A DNA stretch of 63,973 nt, filler included, from Mitosporidium daphniae (Eukaryota), in NCBI RefSeq assembly GCF_000760515.2. It is 11 parts of 11 records of this genome, joined end to end, with 100 filler letters (N's around TTAATTAATTAA, not from the genome) between each part and the next. Parts side by side here need not be neighbours in the genome. Positions count along the whole stretch, not along the records: positions 6,683 to 12,972 come from NW_013546632.1; positions 13,073 to 19,343 come from NW_013546631.1; positions 19,444 to 25,641 come from NW_013546630.1; 8 more parts are not named here. The stretch is one strand, 5' to 3'. This document shows, piece by piece, positions 12,424-23,014 of the stretch; position 1 is the first letter of the stretch; each line of letters starts with the position of its first letter. The notes below the pieces were generated by a model. That model saw nothing but the letters and a program-made list of their open reading frames with translations, was not told where the DNA came from and did not search any database. The position numbers and the translations under genes were made by a program.

Positions 12424-12972
12424 TCAGGGAAACCCCGGTGTGCGCCTGGAGGTGCTTTTCAACAATTTTCCCAATCTGCTGGACAGGCTCGATGATGTGG
12501 TCTGTGCTGAGAAATATTCGGACTTTGTCTGTGGAAATACTAGCAGGTGCATACCTTGTCGACGTAGAAGCTTTTGATAACGCTTTGAACGCGAGAAAGC
12601 CTTTGGATTGCTGAGGGACCTCCTCTTGACTTGAGGATGGAAGCAATTTCTTCCGTTTCTAACGCCATCAGTGCTCTACCGGCAACGGTGCACTAAGATA
12701 GGTGGGTTAGCATATAGGATTGGTACTTTGGTGATGGAAATGAATCCATCAGCCATGCAGTCGAGCAAATTGTTTCCAATTGCAATCCATAGCTTTTCAA
12801 AGTAAATGTGAAGTACTGGCGCATTGGTTGAGAAAAATGGCGATGAAGATTTGGAAAAGAAAAAATCGTCAATTTGGGAGTTGAGCTCGGAGAGGTCATA
12901 AAGCAATTTATCTGGCCATTACATGAAAATGCTTACCAACAAATGGATGCCTAGCGGCGGGGGCAACTTCCG
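12424..12972 (-). CDS. VPS50: VPS50/syndetin (EARP subunit) C-terminal part, 5' truncated, multi-exon
   Basis: spliced reading HPFVDKLLYDLSELN...DGFISITKCTVAGRALMALE...VQSVIKSFY resembles syndetin [20 protein letters not shown]...VETYIKAYY; 3' end approximate. Confidence 0.7.
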
Positions 12973-13072
12973 NNNNNNNNNNNNNNNNNNNNNNNNNNNN
13001 NNNNNNNNNNNNNNNNTTAATTAATTAANNNNNNNNNNNNNNNNNNNNNNNNNNNNNNNNNNNNNNNNNNNN

Positions 13073-14193
13073 AAATGCAGTCTTCCGGATCTGAGAAGGT
13101 CTGCATGACACGCGTGGATCATGCAATTGAAAAGGGGATTATTGATAATTCGACGCTCGGATACTTTCTTGTGCGAATTTATTTGTTTCTTCTGAAAATC
13201 GGACTTCACCCCGACATCATCAGATTCCGTCAGCACCAGTCCAACGAAATGGCCCATTATGCATCTGACTGCTGGGATGCTGAGCTGCTTACTTCGTATG
13301 GCTGGATCGAATGTGTCGGATGTGCTGATCGCGCTGCGTTCGATCTTACCGTTCATTCTCTCAAGACAAAGGAGAAACTTGTCGTAAGAGAGCGTCTTTC
13401 TACTCCCGTTACCGAGCTACGTGTAGTTGCGGAGTTGGATCGAAAGGCAATTGGAATTACATTTAAAAAAGATGCCAAGCTCATTTGCGATGCTATCGCG
13501 CTCGCACAAGAGGATCCCGTATTAATGGAGAAAATTTTGCAAGAGTCTCTAGATCGCAATAAGGTGGCGGTTCCCCTTGCAGGATGGAATTCTGAACGCT
13601 CGTCCGCCTCTTGTCCATCAGATTTTGTTGAGGTTCCTTCTCAAATGCTGGGTCTTCGAAAGGAGCTGACCACGACACATGTTCGAGAATACACGCCAGC
13701 TGTCATCGAGCCGTCCTTTGGAATTGGCAGGATAATCTATGCGTTGTTGGAACATTGCTACTGGGTTAGGGCTCAAGATGAACAGCGATCAGTTCTTTCT
13801 CTTGCCCCGCTTGTTGCGCCAACAAAGGTCCTCATTGCTCCATTGCTTTCTCAAAAGTCTTTCGAGGATTTGGTCTCCAATATTGCTCTTCTTTTGAAAT
13901 CGAAGGGTATTGCCACGCAAGCTGATTGCTCCTCTGCTACCGTTGGAAAGAAATATGCCCGTGCTGACGAGTTGGGAACGCCGTTTGCAGTTACCATTGA
14001 TCATCAGACTGTTACGGAGGTTCAGGAAAATATCCCTGCAACGGTTACTGTTCGGGAGAGAGACTCGACCACTCAAATCCGCGTTTTTATTAATGATCTT
14101 CCAGATCTAATTGAGAATCTTGTGCAAGGCAAGTTGCATTGGAATAATCAGCTTCTTTCAAAATACGAAGTCGTCCAGTGTTCCAATTGCTGA
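13073..14193 (+). CDS. GRS1: glycyl-tRNA synthetase, C-terminal part (5' truncated)
   Basis: RFRQHQSNEMAHYASDCWDAE, GWIECVGCADR, VIEPSFGIGRI, anticodon domain GKKYARADELGTPF. Confidence 0.97.
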
Positions 14194-14815
14194 TAAATAA
14201 AACTCCTTAGCATCTGTTTACAAATCTCGCAATCGCCGAGCTATTGCATTATGTGGTTAATTCAACACTGGAGACGTGTCATTTTGCCGCTCAAGTGGTG
14301 AAACCCACGGCACACCATTACTTTAAAACTTTGAAAAGGGTAAAACTTCCATTCAAGTTGCACAGAACTACCGTTTTGCGGTTGAGCCTTTTAAAAACCT
14401 ACAACTTGTAATTACAAATCGTGTAGAAAATTAAAATCGGCGCAAATTGCACCCATTGTTAGGGTTATTTGGAAATCTGCACATCCAAAATGGCGCTAAT
14501 GTGGCTTGCTGCTGGTGTGTCATGAAAACGGTTGATTCTGAGACTTTTCCTGTGTGGCAGGGAAAGGCGCTTGGAGCGGATTTAATATTTTAACACAATA
14601 AACTTGAGGGATTTCAGTCTATTCACATTGTGTCAAGCATTAAGAGCAACCTAACCCTAAAACCATTGCATCCGTTTTACGGTCTTGAATGGTGATATTT
14701 TGAAAATTTACAAAATAAAACAATGCTTGGATTTTATAAATTCAATTTGCTTGAATTGCAAATCGCATAGTGGTCAGTGTCGCGCATGTGTTGAAAGTTT
14801 TCATTTACTTCCTTC

Positions 14816-15709
14816 ATGTCAAGTACGGCCAAAAGATCACTTTCCATGAGCATGCTCGCTCGCAGATTCACCCTGGGCATGACAGTTAGCCAGACATCTG
14901 GTGCTGGTGCCATTTCTATTGCATTTGCCAATCCATCTTCTTCTCAAATATCTGTCCAAAGGAGATTTGCCAGCGGCATGACCACATCTGGCGGTTCTTC
15001 AGCTTCTCGTGCAGCTGGTGCAATGAAAAACACTCCAGAAAAGGCCCTCAAAGCCGCTATTGAGTCTGAGTTAAAGTACGAGAAGGAAATGACTGAAACG
15101 GACCCCATTGAGGTACCTTCCGAGGTTATAGAACATTTCAAAGCTCACGGTTTGACCATCTCGAAAGACAATACCGGTGATGCATTGGTGGTTCTCTCTG
15201 GTGAGAAAAATGGAACAAAGCTTTCCCTGGCCTTTGATGTGCGCCAAGTTTATCTCAACGAGCTTGGGGATGACGACGATCAAGAGACAATGGATAACGA
15301 GGAAAGTAACGAAGAAGAGCAAGAAGATGACCAAGAAGGCGACGAAATAGAGGCAGATGAGGATGCAGACATGATGGACGAGGGTTTAGAGCCCGTTGCA
15401 GCCAAGCTTGTTCTTACTAGGGGCAATTCATCGCTCTCCTTTGAAATCAGTCTCTCTTCAGAAGGTGTCGAAGTTCACTCCATGCATACCGGCGCTCTGC
15501 CATTGAATGCAGAGCTCTATACATCCGATGTATTCACAGGCCCCAACTATGTAGACCTTTCCACAGACCTGCAAGAAGCCGTTAGCGGCTATTTGGAGAC
15601 GTTTGGCATCACAGGAGAGCTTGCGGATGTGCTCAGATCGTACATGGATGTCAAAGAACGCAAGGAATATGTCGCGTGGCTCTCCACGGTCCGTGACTTT
15701 TTCAAGTAG
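14816..15709 (+). CDS. MAM33: mitochondrial acidic matrix protein Mam33/p32
   Basis: basic Ser-rich presequence, AIESELKYE, acidic loop, GPNYVDLSTDLQEAV..YL...GI, KERKEYVAWL. Confidence 0.88.
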   Translation: MSSTAKRSLSMSMLARRFTLGMTVSQTSGAGAISIAFANPSSSQISVQRRFASGMTTSGGSSASRAAGAMKNTPEKALKAAIESELKYEKEMTETDPIEVPSEVIEHFKAHGLTISKDNTGDALVVLSGEKNGTKLSLAFDVRQVYLNELGDDDDQETMDNEESNEEEQEDDQEGDEIEADEDADMMDEGLEPVAAKLVLTRGNSSLSFEISLSSEGVEVHSMHTGALPLNAELYTSDVFTGPNYVDLSTDLQEAVSGYLETFGITGELADVLRSYMDVKERKEYVAWLSTVRDFFK

Positions 15710-15774
15710 ATCACCCACTAAATTAATTGAAAACAAATAAATGCACTTGACGAACACTTTGGGGATGTTAAGAT

Positions 15775-16370
15775 TTAATTAGCTTTTGGCTTGGCCTTGG
15801 AGGCGAGCTTTGCCAAGCGGTCCTTGTCAAGGTGAAGCTTGGTGATAACAAGATTCGATGGGTGGATGCCGATTGGGACTGTGGCGCCTTGAACCTTTTC
15901 GCGAGAGATACGCTCAATGTTGACGACAAACTTTTTGCGATAGACGGCTGTGATTTTGCCCTCTCTGCCCTTGAATTTTCCGCTCGCAATGAGCACTTCA
16001 TCGTCTTTCCTGATGGGCATGGATCTAACCAGATACTTCTGGCGCAGCTCCTTGGAGAGAGCAGAGCTCATCAGCTTTTGGCGTAGATGAGAGGGAGCAG
16101 TGAAGTGGGCCTTACGGCACTTTCTGCGCGATGAAGTCACCTCTATTTGTAAGATTAAGAAAGAAAAAAGGGGATCCGAAAAATAGAACTAAAATATAGG
16201 CCGATCAATATCAAAGAATTGGGGAAAATCAAGGGAAAGTGTAGGGAAACCCATCGGGAGAACATATGTCAAACATATCAAGGCTAACCCATGATACAGA
16301 GAACAAATATCACCCCCCTGAAGGACAGATGAAATACAAGGACGGCAAACTAACCTGGATTCAGCTTCAT
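15775..16370 (-). CDS. RPL26: 60S ribosomal protein L26 (uL24), 212-nt intron 16143-16354
   Basis: [47 protein letters not shown]. Confidence 0.97.
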
Positions 16371-16420
16371 ATTAGCGTATGTAAATTAAATTTCGAATTT
16401 ATGAAATTTAAATTTTACAA

Positions 16421-17131
16421 ATGTCAGTTCCTACTGACCAAGTCAGGGAGCGCATCGCTCAGGCGAAGGCTCGCCTTAAACAACAGATTGCCCAACAGCG
16501 CGCCAATCAATTACAACTTTCAGAAGAAACTCCTGAAAAACCGGGAAGCTCATTTCTTCCTACTTTGCATATAGAAGAGCAGTCCGCATCGGAACTACCT
16601 GCTCAGCAAGATTCGTCTTTTTCGAAGTCTGCAATGCATTCGAGTGGCCGGAAAACAATGCCTGCTTGGAGAATGGCACAAATCGACGAGATTTCCAAAA
16701 GGAGATCGGGGATCAGTGTTGGAGCCTGCAGATCGGCCTCGGATAGCATTAACACAAAAACGCAGGTACTCCTCGATCGGTTTCGCTCCTCTCTCAAAAA
16801 GACAACAGCCCCGGTGGAAATTTCCGAAGATACCAATGGCGCCAGAAATTTTATTGAAAAAACGGCAGCCAGTGATGGCATTCTGGATGAATCTCGGGCT
16901 CCATGCGCTCTGCATTTTGTTTCTGGATGCAAATCTTGCGCCGCTGCATCGCCAACTACAGAGAACGTTACACAGGCAGAGGCCGAACATGGTTGGCAAT
17001 CGCATCTTCTCTTTTTCGAAAAAGAAGCCGGTGAGCGCCAGTTAAAGACAGACGCAGAGAACCTGCTTGTAATCGATCCGCGAGAGCGGATGGCTACCTT
17101 ACAGCCAGTTTCAAAGCGAACTCGAAAGTAG
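16421..17131 (+). CDS. CWC27-like protein, C-terminal region only (no cyclophilin domain)
   Basis: LLDRFRSSL, CALHFVSGCKSC, GWQSHLLFFEK, LLVIDPRER match the fungal/animal Cwc27 C-terminus. Confidence 0.7.
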   Translation: MSVPTDQVRERIAQAKARLKQQIAQQRANQLQLSEETPEKPGSSFLPTLHIEEQSASELPAQQDSSFSKSAMHSSGRKTMPAWRMAQIDEISKRRSGISVGACRSASDSINTKTQVLLDRFRSSLKKTTAPVEISEDTNGARNFIEKTAASDGILDESRAPCALHFVSGCKSCAAASPTTENVTQAEAEHGWQSHLLFFEKEAGERQLKTDAENLLVIDPRERMATLQPVSKRTRK

Positions 17132-17289
17132 CTTTTCGGCGCGTCCATAGTAAAAAGTTCTGCTTTTGAACCGATTTCGACACATCAACAAAGAGGCATT
17201 TTCAAGCCGTTTGCTTACAACGCCTTCTGCAATGGAACATTTGAGAGATGCATCCCCGTTTGGTAGAAAGTCTTTTGAATAAATTTAAT

Positions 17290-17647
17290 TTATTTGTTTT
17301 TGCCTTCGAGAAGCACTCGAGCCTCGTTGATCTTTGAAGCAACATAGGGAGAGCCTCCGCGGTCCGGATGATTTGCCATTAATACGCGCCTATATGCGTC
17401 TTTTATCCGCTCGTGGGAATCATACTCCCTACGTGGTAAGGGCATAGTGGTACCGAACGCCAAGGATGAGCGAGGCCTCCCTTCGCGTCATGACGGGAGC
17501 GAATCCGCCTTGATGGTAGTGGATGAACGGGGATGTTCCTGTCAGCTGTGAAATTTTATTCATGTTGCGCCAGGCGCGCAGCAGCCCCCGTGCAGCCAGC
17601 GAGCCCCCGACTAGCGCTACGCCGCTAATGAGCAGCAGCGACGTCAT
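17290..17647 (-). CDS. PAM18: mitochondrial import motor J-protein Pam18/Tim14, intron 17429-17453
   Basis: [39 protein letters not shown]. Confidence 0.95.
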
Positions 17648-17704
17648 TAAGAATTAAAATTTAATTTTGCTAAATTTGAGCCCAATTTAATCAAACAGCA
17701 ATTT

Positions 17705-18838
17705 ATGCAATCCAATCCGGTCATTGAGGATGAAATGGCGCTCGATGGCGCTATTTCTGCACACAAAACGCCACAGATTGGCTTCACAATGGAAGCCGCC
17801 CCACAAAAAGAGGACCTGCCCCAAATTGACGTTAATCAGCACTCTGCATTTTCGATGGATACCGATCGGCAATCCACAGATGGAGGCTTTGATACTTGCA
17901 GGGAAGAAACCGATTTATTTGAGCGTCTGTTCACAGTTTTTGAACGGTTTTGCCGTTTCGGAGTACCATCTGGCCAATTGTCTGCTGCAGGTGTGCCTTT
18001 GATGGATGGGTCACGATACGTAAAAATTTTCCGTGATGCGGGCATCCTCGGGGGTAATCATGGGCTTTCCGGACGACGGGCAACGTCTACAGATTGTGAC
18101 ATTGTTTTCAACTCGATCAGGCGCATCAATGAGCGCAAAATCAACTTTGACCAGTTCGTGGCAAGCATTGATGCTTTGGCAGCGCGTATCGGCACTGAAG
18201 TCGCACCGTTGCTACAACTGGTGGCAGCCTCCACAGGCCCAACTCTGATGGGTACAACGACACCCCATGCACCAGCATTAGCTACTGGACAGAGACTTTC
18301 CCTTGCAGAACGATCGCAACTAGCGACCGAAAGGTCCATGCTGGCCATTGAAAGATCGACGATTCCCACGGCTCGACACTCGATTGGGTCCCCATATAAA
18401 CATCAAAGGGCTGAGGTGAACCGTTCGCCGAGATACTCCTTACGCTCGCAGCCTAACACCGAAAAAATGGTAAGATATATTTTTTGACCCTAGCCGGATG
18501 TTTTTGAAAGGCTCTGTGACATCAGCACATTTACAGGCACACAGAAGCAGAAGATGAGCGAACTCCGTGTTTTCCGCCCCTCTGCTCAATAAAAAATTGA
18601 AAAATCCAAGCATAGTGGAGAGGCAGCTAGTTCAAGTGGAAAGGCAGCTAGTTCAAGTGGAGAGGCAGCTAGTTCAAGTGGAGAGGCAGCTAGTTCAAGT
18701 GGAGAGGCAGCTAGTTCAAATGGAAAGGCAGCTAGTTCAAGTGGGGTAGGTGTCCTCGGGAGAAGGGTTGATATCAATACCTTGAGTTTCAGTGATGTCC
18801 TTTCTTGTGGGAGAGAAAATAGATCCATAAACCACTAG
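17705..18838 (+). CDS. p25alpha/TPPP-like microtubule-binding protein; intron 18470-18493 and probable intron 18569-18610
   Basis: MDGSRYVKIFRDAGI, TSTDCDIVF, RKINFDQF, VFERLCDISTFTGTQK, then GVGVLGRRVD in frame; alternative end at TAA 18590-18592. Confidence 0.75.
18614..18744 (+). repeat. 21-nt tandem repeat AGTGGARAGGCAGCTAGTTCA x6 (SGEAASS)
   Basis: read directly. Confidence 0.95.
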
Positions 18839-19343
18839 AAGAGGATATTCCAATTGTCAAGTAATCCGCGGTTGCGCAGCAGCAACATACTCAGTAGCGA
18901 AAGGATCAGCATGATCACCAATGTGCAGTAGAAAGGTGTTGCCGAGTAGTTGTAGTGGTAAAGAAACGAAAGCGGCGGCAACGCCACAGGATCTGCATAA
19001 ACCCACGGCAGAGGAATGTTCATGCTAAAAAGAGCGCTAATGATGGATATCGGCATCGAGATAAAAGTGATAACTGTCAATTTTTTAAGCAAGGCGTCTC
19101 TGTAGGAGCACGATGCAATCAACGCTAGTTCTGCAACCTGGCAATGCTCTTCAAGAGCGCAGTTCAAGTTCATCTCAATAGCAGCAAGCTGCTCTAAAGC
19201 GTCGGGAAGGCAGGCGTCACTACGCTCGACACCAAGACCCGCGAAAAGTTCAAAATGCGGGACAAGGTATCTGCGCAAATGAGCAAGCTTACGTCGTTGC
19301 AGCCAGAATTCTCCGAGCGAGGGTGCCTTCTGTTGATGTTTTT
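18835..19343 (-). CDS. CorA-family Mg2+ transporter, C-terminal part
   Basis: LKKLTVITFISMPISIISALFSMN (GMN-like) followed by a second TM helix. Confidence 0.75.
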
Positions 19344-19443
19344 NNNNNNNNNNNNNNNNNNNNNNNNNNNNNNNNNNNNNNNNNNNNTTAATTAATTAAN
19401 NNNNNNNNNNNNNNNNNNNNNNNNNNNNNNNNNNNNNNNNNNN

Positions 19444-19907
19444 TAGAAACTTGATATTTTACAAGCAAGATACATCACGCCCCCTGTAGGATATCTTACC
19501 CTCATGTTAGGTCATTATTTCTCAAAGTTGTAAATCCAATTTTGATTTCACCGAAACCTTTCATAGGCGGGACCATATTCATCCCGCGGAGTACCATTGA
19601 GAGACCAATAAAAACGATATTAAGAGACCCGGAAACTGGAGATGTTGTGGAAAGGTCTACTTATAAGGTCGTTATTTCTGGATTGCTTTTACCCCATACG
19701 GTTGGCTCTATTATAAGCAACTTGATGAGTTATTTCGAAACTGCAAACAGCGATTTTTCAGTGGTTCTCTCTACCGATCCAAGCACATTGTCTCTTAATT
19801 TAGGTGAAAACGAACCAAATCCCCAAACATTCCTTCACAGGATAGACTTTGATGCTACGAAAAAAAAAGCTAAATACGACTATCTTGACTGCAATTCGAT
19901 TCTGTAA
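19444..19907 (+). CDS. DONSON-like protein, C-terminal part
   Basis: PILISPKPFIGGT...YKVVISGLLLPHTV...FSVVLSTDPSTLSLN resembles DONSON PTLLSPVAFRGAT...SLEITGPIMPHSL...FSAVLYPHEPTAVFN. Confidence 0.65.
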
Positions 19908-19924
19908 AGGAACCGTTTTATTGT

Positions 19925-21211
19925 TCACAAATCGTCATGGATCGGATACATGGCTCGACTTTTGACGGGTATTGGCTCAGGCTTTGATATGTCGTGAAAT
20001 AGGTTCTTGTCCCTTATTATGGATGACTCGGTAGACGAAAGTTCCTTTGGATAGATAACAGAAACGGAAACAAATAATGACCCTCTTTTGGCCATAATTC
20101 CTGAAGATTTAAGTAAGCCGCCATTGGGGACTTCAACAACAAAGCCTGGTGGCGTTAGAGTTTTTTCTCGTGAAATTTTCAAAAGGTTTCCAGAGACATC
20201 GATGACCGTGGTCGACCATCCTAATAAAGAATCCCTTAAAGATATGGATAAATCCATAGAGAGCGTTGATGGATCCTTTTTTCCTCTTCGGAAAATCGGA
20301 TGTGGGGCTTCTTTTATTCTGCAATGGATATCTCCTGGGATAAAGCGCCCATCTGCGCCCGCATCTCCGACTCCTTCAAGGACAATATTGGCACCATCCA
20401 AAACACCAGCCGGTATATGCACATGAAGTGGGGAGTCATCAAGAAATACCTTTGACCCTTTACAATATGCGCATGGCTTTTCGATTTTTTTCCCGGCCCC
20501 TTTACACTCTTCACAATGGGATTGAAATCTTTGGATAAAAGGCCCAATCACTTGCGTTACTATTTGAATTCCAGAACCCTGGCATTTTGGGCATTGGACA
20601 ACGTCTGAGGGTGAATGGGCACCGCTTCCACTACATTGCTTGCATAAAGAATGTCTGGAAAATTGCAAAAGCTTATCGGATCCAGAAAAGATTTCCTCCA
20701 AACTGAGGGTGATTTCGACCAGCACAGTGTGGGACTTTGGTGTGTCCCGATGGCTGTGTCCCGATGATCCAGTATTGAAAAACCTTAAATGTTAATGAAG
20801 GTCAAAATGATACATGTCAAATGGGAATCCAGATGAATGTGCATTGCTGCCGCCGTTTCCGTTTGCGCCGCNCATTTTAACGCCATCTTTTCCGTACGCA
20901 TCATAGAGACGCTTTTTCTCTGGGTCAGAAAGGACATCGTAGGCATTTGTAATCTCTCCAAAACGCTCGCTTGCATCAGAATCGCTATTGTGATCTGGAT
21001 GGTACTTTTTCAGAAGCGTTCTATAGGACTTTTTTAGGGCATTTTCGTCAAAAGTAGCCTTGGTCATGCCAAATAGCTCATAATATGACTCGTCATCACT
21101 TTGGTGATGGGAATTTTCAAAAATATCGCCAAAAGGAAAGCCGTTAAAAAAGCAGCGAACAACGCCTGTGGTGATGACAACAAGCCCCAAGATCAGTATG
21201 CCCTGCTTCAT
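19925..21211 (-). CDS. SCJ1: ER-luminal type I DnaJ (Scj1-like), intron 20784-20813
   Basis: signal peptide, J domain HPD, four CxxCxGxG repeats, C-terminal HDDL. Confidence 0.85.
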
Positions 21212-21332
21212 TGATACTGATTCCAAGTGCTAATTGATTTGCATTTTTATTCAATTAAAGACTAGGGTTTGCGTGGGAAACTACCCTTGAAAATTTTAGG
21301 GGTTATCTTATTTCAGAAGACTGGGGTTAGGG

Positions 21333-22882
21333 TTAATCCCAGAGCTTGATTTTCCCGTCCCAAGAACAAGTGACAACCTTTGATGGCTCTTTTGGAAGCC
21401 ACTCTGCAGCGATCAGGACTTGATCGTGGCATTTCAGCTGTTTCGCTATTTTTCCTGATTTCCAGTTCCAGAAAAAGAGCTTTCCATCTGAATCGCCGCT
21501 CATCAAATATTGGCCATCTGGCGAGAATGATATTTGACATGAATTCCCGGCTATCACATGGCCCGAAAAGCTTTTGCTCAATGCCCGATATTTATCCTTG
21601 TGTGTGCTTCCATCAGGGAGGATCATTTTTTCTTCAACAGCTTCGCCATCATCGTCCTCCGGGTTCAACAGTGCCGAACGACCTGCAGTCCACGTGCGAA
21701 TTTGATTGTCCATGCTTTGGATAGCAAACGCAGACCTTGAAGGATGGAGCTTGACGCAAGGCATTGCATGCATGGTTGGCTCGGATATGATTTTGGTTGC
21801 CGTTGAAGAGGCAGCATAGTCCCAAATGCGAATACTTTTGTCATCTGCAGTGGACACGAATCTTTTCCTCGACAAAAAGCAAATGCTATTAACAGCCTCC
21901 AGGTGACCGGTATATTCTTGGATTGGATCTCCAATGCTATTTCTGATATCCCATGTATATATTTTCCTATTAGAAAGGCCTGCTAGCACGATATTTGGAT
22001 CAGAAGGATGCCAAGTGACACAATAGGGATAACCCTTGAGTGAAAAAGCAGACTCGCAGCTCCCAGATTCAGTATCCCAGATTTTCAGAGTTTTGTCATA
22101 CGAGCACGATGCGAACCTCTGGCCACCATTTGAACCACTGAACGCAACATCTTTCACAGCCTTGTTGTGGCCATAAAATGTCCGTAGAATTTTCCTATCC
22201 CCATACGCCTCCCAAAGCTAGCAATAAATGAACGATAGCCGTTTACCTTGATTTTGGAATCAAATGAACAGCTCAACAAAAGATGTCCGGTCCCCGGAAG
22301 TAGCCTAATGGAGGAGACAGCTTTTTGATGCCCTTCCCATGTATGAATACACCGTTTTGGAAGGAAACAAGTTTGGGGAGATGAATCTGGAAGGGAGATG
22401 GGAGCATTCATATAAGTTCTTCCAAGGTAATCCTTTTGAGATAAGCCACCATGAAACTGCGAATACTCCTTGCCCATTGTGATATAGGTAGAAAGCCTGT
22501 CAATGATAGAAGATGCTGCTGGATCTTCATCAAAATCGATGTCTCTCCCAGTAACACCGCTGAGAGGCCGAATGCTGGTTTGCATTGAGATTTTGGCCAC
22601 TTTTTCTGCGTGTTCGGCGATTTCTTGTGGAGTTGCCTTTGAAGGGCCAATATTTTCGCCTTGAAAGCCTGACCACGGTCCAAGATATGATAAAGGATCT
22701 GTGGCAATCTCTCCGATTGGAAGACGCTTCTTCTTAACATGCTTCCTATCATCTTTGCATGGCTCTGGAATAGACCCTTTTTCTAGTATATTTACTATTC
22801 GTACTGATCTGTTGGTCGCGTTATCAGTACACTCCGCAGTGGTAACGAGCAGGTCACAATTGGTGGAATTTGCAGTGTCCAT
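21333..22882 (-). CDS. PRP17: pre-mRNA splicing factor Prp17/Cdc40 (WD40), intron 22218-22246
   Basis: YLGPW, DYLGRTYM, CFLPKRCIHTWEGH, QSMDNQI, FSPDGQYLMSGD, WDGKIKLWD. Confidence 0.95.
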
Positions 22883-23014
22883 TAAAAAAATTAATGGTTG
22901 CCATAACTAGTAAACTCCGGTAAATTTGATAATTTATTCTTTATTTTTTAATCATGAAATAAAATTGGTTTCCACAATAAATCTCTTATCCAACTCATTT
23001 AATAAATGAGCTTG

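Noticed and set aside
14470..14625. RNase P or MRP RNA assignment
   Set aside because: CR-I and CR-V look-alikes do not form a proper P4 helix on either strand
18590..18592. Genome-wide TAA reassignment suggested by two in-frame TAA codons
   Set aside because: Conserved genes (Rab11, PAM18, RRP3, FEN1) end at TAA and long ORFs lack internal TAA
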